From NCBI GenBank assembly GCA_965205865.1, contig CBDBHR010000030.1, forward strand, positions 1,191,866 through 1,255,865: a stretch of DNA of 64,000 nucleotides, in the 5' to 3' direction. Shown here in pieces: positions 61,598-64,000 of this stretch; positions within the stretch are counted from its first letter, which is position 1; the number at the start of each line of letters is the position of its first letter. The translations under genes were made by a program, and so were the position numbers. Source of the stretch: a bacterium. Its GTDB lineage: Bacteria; SAR324; NAC60-12. The notes under the pieces were generated by a model, which saw only the letters and a list, made by a program, of their open reading frames with translations, did not search any database and was not told the origin of the DNA.

Positions 61598-62605
61598 ATG
61601 AGAGCCTATATCATCAGGCGCTTATTGCTGATAATCCCCACCTTGTTTATATTGACCATCCTGGTCTTTCTCTCGGTGCGCTTCATCCCGGGCGATGTCA
61701 TAGACGTAATGATGAGTAGGATGGAAATGTACTTTAACTGGGACGAACGTGACCGTGAAGTTCTTGAGCATAAGCTGGGATTAAACGTGCCTGTGCACGT
61801 GCAGTATGGACGCTGGATAGGAGTGTTGCCGACCCCTGACTGGGTTACCGGTGAGTCCCGCTACAACGGTCTCCTCCAGGGCACCCTTGGCCAGTCACTG
61901 CTTCGCGGCCAGGAGGCGGTAGAGGAGAAGATAATAGGTAGATTGCCAGTGACCATTGAGCTTGGAGTCATGGCAATCGTGATCGGGCTCGTGATAGCGC
62001 TGCCAGTCGGCATCTATTCGGCGATTCGGCAGGATACAGCCGCCGACTACGCGGGGCGCTCCATCGCCGTCATCGGCCTGGCAACGCCTAACTTCTGGCT
62101 GGGCATCATGGTCATGATCTTCCCGGCACTCTGGTGGGGCTGGTCGCCACCGATGGAGCTGGTTTCTTTCACGGAAGACCCGCTGGGGAATCTCGGGGTG
62201 TTCCTCATTCCCAGTCTGATTCTGGGGACGGCCATGGCTGCAGCCACAATGCGGATGACGCGCACCATGATGCTGGAGGTGCTCAGGCAAGACTATATCA
62301 GGACCGCCTGGTCAAAGGGACTCAAGGAGAAGGTCGTGGTGATCAGACACGCCCTCAAGAATGCCCTCATCCCGGTCGTGACCCTGATCGGCTTGCAGTT
62401 GCCGATCCTGGTCGGCGGCGCCGTGATCATGGAGAACATCTTCAACCTGCCGGGGCTCGGGCGTCTCTTGCTGAATGCCCTCAATGACAGAGACTACCCG
62501 ATGGTTTCCGGAATAAACCTGGTTTTCGCCACTGGCGTGGTGGGGATCAATCTATTTATCGACCTGTTCTATGCCTTCTTGGACCCAAGGGTGCGGTATG
62601 AGTGA
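61598..62605 (+). CDS. ABC transporter permease, DppB-like (cluster 3)
   Basis: MRAYIIRRLLLIIPT...MRMTRTMMLEVLRQDYIRTAWSKGL. Confidence 0.85.
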   Translation: MRAYIIRRLLLIIPTLFILTILVFLSVRFIPGDVIDVMMSRMEMYFNWDERDREVLEHKLGLNVPVHVQYGRWIGVLPTPDWVTGESRYNGLLQGTLGQSLLRGQEAVEEKIIGRLPVTIELGVMAIVIGLVIALPVGIYSAIRQDTAADYAGRSIAVIGLATPNFWLGIMVMIFPALWWGWSPPMELVSFTEDPLGNLGVFLIPSLILGTAMAAATMRMTRTMMLEVLRQDYIRTAWSKGLKEKVVVIRHALKNALIPVVTLIGLQLPILVGGAVIMENIFNLPGLGRLLLNALNDRDYPMVSGINLVFATGVVGINLFIDLFYAFLDPRVRYE

Positions 62606-63344
62606 ATCAAAGCGACGGGGCCGGCTGTCGGATTTCTTCATCAGGCTGCTCAAGGAGAAGCCGCTCGGTACTGTCGGTCTGGCCGCGACGGCGCTGAATG
62701 TGCTCATCGCAGTCCTGATCGGCGGCACTTCCGGATTCATTGGCGGGAAATTCGACCTGGTGGTGCAGCGCTTTGTCGATGCCTGGATGTTTCCCGGGAC
62801 TGCTGCTCTTGTTAACCATCATGTCCATCGTGGGGCGGGGTTTGCCACAGATCATCCTGGTCCTGGGGGTCACCGGAGGCATCGGCGGCTCCCGAGTCAT
62901 CCGAGGTGCCGTAGTGGGCATTAAAGAGAATGACTATTTTCTGGCAGCCCGGCCGTAGGCACTCCCACGCGCCATATCCTGATCCGGCATGTCCTGCCCA
63001 ATATCATGGCGCCCCTGATCATCATCTTCTCGATCAACATTGGCGGCGTTATCATTACCGAGGCATCGCTGAGCTTCCTCGGATACGGGCCGCCCGTCGA
63101 GTTACCCAGCTGGGGTGGCATGCTCAGCCGGGAAGGACGCACCTACATGGAGATGGCGCCCTGGCTGGCGCTCTTTCCCGGTCTTGCCCTGACGATTGTC
63201 GTCTACTCCCTCAACATGTTCGGCGATGCCATGCGGGACCTGCTCGATCCCCGGCTTCGGGGTGGTGAGGGTCGTTACGGCACCGCAAAAGGGAGACGCA
63301 AAAGAGGTCTCCTGGCCCGATTGATCAACCCTTTCAACTGGTAA
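62571..63344 (+). pseudogene. DppC-like permease (cluster 3), inactivated by an internal ~186-bp deletion, indels near 62790 and a premature stop at 62955
   Basis: Alignment to the cluster-2 paralog: KPLGT joins directly to VGLAATALNV (losing TM1 and the GTD motif); a frame change follows VDAWM; AARP* replaces AARAVGTPTRH. The remaining frame (63006..63344) still encodes the conserved C-terminus. Confidence 0.8.
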
Positions 63345-63581
63345 GCGCAAAAAATTAGAGGTGGCTGCATTTAAGGAGAAGCCTTGGAATCTCTGTAAAA
63401 ATCCCCCTAATTCTGTCAGCTCTCTCTTGTTACGACATCCAACAATGAGTTCTAGTTCTGTAATCACACTAATTCCTATCGAACTCTGAGCCTCAATTCG
63501 TTTCAAGTAATCAATGGCTTCCTGTACGTCTCTTCCAACATCAATGAGAATATCGGTATCAATCAAAATGATTTCTGCCAT
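63345..63581 (-). pseudogene. VapC-like PIN-domain toxin, 3'-truncated remnant
   Basis: MAEIILIDTDILIDV...ISVITELELIVG gives the first two PIN acidic positions. The frame then runs antisense into the permease pseudogene, so the distal catalytic residues are missing. AT-rich relative to its flanks. Confidence 0.5.
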
Positions 63582-63730
63582 TTCTGGCTCTCCACTCTTG
63601 TTTTCTTACCCTTTGAACCCATGAGGAACTATCTTCCATATCTTTTCTATCTCTCCACATCCCCACAAATGCATCTTTTCCCAAATCTGAATAGTCGCCT
63701 TTTGATTGGTTTTGATACCGTTGAGCTAAA
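63582..63730 (-). pseudogene. VapB-like antitoxin remnant (no in-frame start codon)
   Basis: ...DLGKDAFVGMWRDRKDMEDSSSWVQRVRKQEW resembles the C-terminal region of the small antitoxins paired with PIN toxins. Its stop overlaps the vapC ATG. Confidence 0.3.
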
Positions 63731-64000
63731 GAATTATGGTTAACAAGAGCAGCAGCCCCGGGAAGGCCATCCAGGCATCGACAAAGCGCTGCACCGCCAG
63801 GTCCCATTTCCCTCCCAGAAACCCCGAAATGCCACCGATGAGGAGCGCGACGATGACATTGAGCGCCGTGGCGGCCAGACCGACGGTTAAGGAAATGCGA
63901 GCCCCGACGATCAGGCGGCTCAACAAGTCACGCCCCGTATGGTCGGTCCCCAGCAGATACTGAGCGGAGGGACCAGTCAGCCGATCGGCCATGCGCATTT
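63726..64000 (-). CDS. DppC-like permease, 5' portion of a fourth copy (enters the window from the right; truncated at 63726)
   Basis: LLGTDHTGRD...VDAWMAFPGLLLLLTIIL*; homology to the other copies ends right after gttaaccat, at the junction with the AT-rich vapBC segment. Confidence 0.65.
   Translation of the reverse strand, partial: MRMADRLTGPSAQYLLGTDHTGRDLLSRLIVGARISLTVGLAATALNVIVALLIGGISGFLGGKWDLAVQRFVDAWMAFPGLLLLLTIIL

Noticed and set aside
63102-63581. 159-aa ORF taken as a full-length VapC
   Set aside because: Only the first ~80 residues look PIN-like. The remainder is the antisense reading of the GC-rich permease pseudogene 3' end, so it is treated as a truncated remnant ending near 63345.

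Overview
This is a bacterial chromosomal window with a backbone of roughly 40-50% GC. Lipoprotein lipobox signals and an outer-membrane beta-barrel suggest a Gram-negative organism; I cannot assign a phylum. It mixes conserved housekeeping genes with a very mobile-element-rich accessory content.

Housekeeping genes: ileS (type-2 IleRS), lon, hemL, an M16 peptidase, pncA-pncB NAD salvage, trkH, thiamine pyrophosphokinase, a textbook sigma70-promoter/CIRCE/hrcA-grpE-dnaK-dnaJ operon, a TraB-family gene, recJ, a DUF368 gene and ccr.

Accessory content:
- Three complete paralogous family-5 ABC importer clusters without ATPases (SBP + two permeases at 3.4-7.3 kb, 29.6-33.9 kb, 59.6-63.3 kb), plus a truncated fourth permease copy at the right edge. 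Clusters 2 and 3 are sharply GC-rich (~60%) islands. Cluster 3 is decaying: a permease pseudogene and a vapBC-like remnant.
- A full IS630-family element (914-2097) and an internally deleted ~460-bp derivative (17197-17658), plus a partial DDE transposase at the left edge.
- A ~236-bp Tc1/IS630-like MITE family with TA target-site duplications (3 copies, two flanking pncA in inverted orientation).
- An apparently ORF-less group II intron (about 14038-15642), sitting next to a ~900-bp duplicated 3' fragment of ileS.
- A 45-bp GC-rich palindromic repeat inserted in-frame inside lon and twice intergenically.
- Several other dispersed or tandem repeat families, and an 8-bp microsatellite.
- Two single-base homopolymer frameshifts (hemL, a Gfo/Idh/MocA gene) that are either pseudogenes or sequencing artefacts.

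No CRISPR array, rRNA or tRNA gene was recognised.
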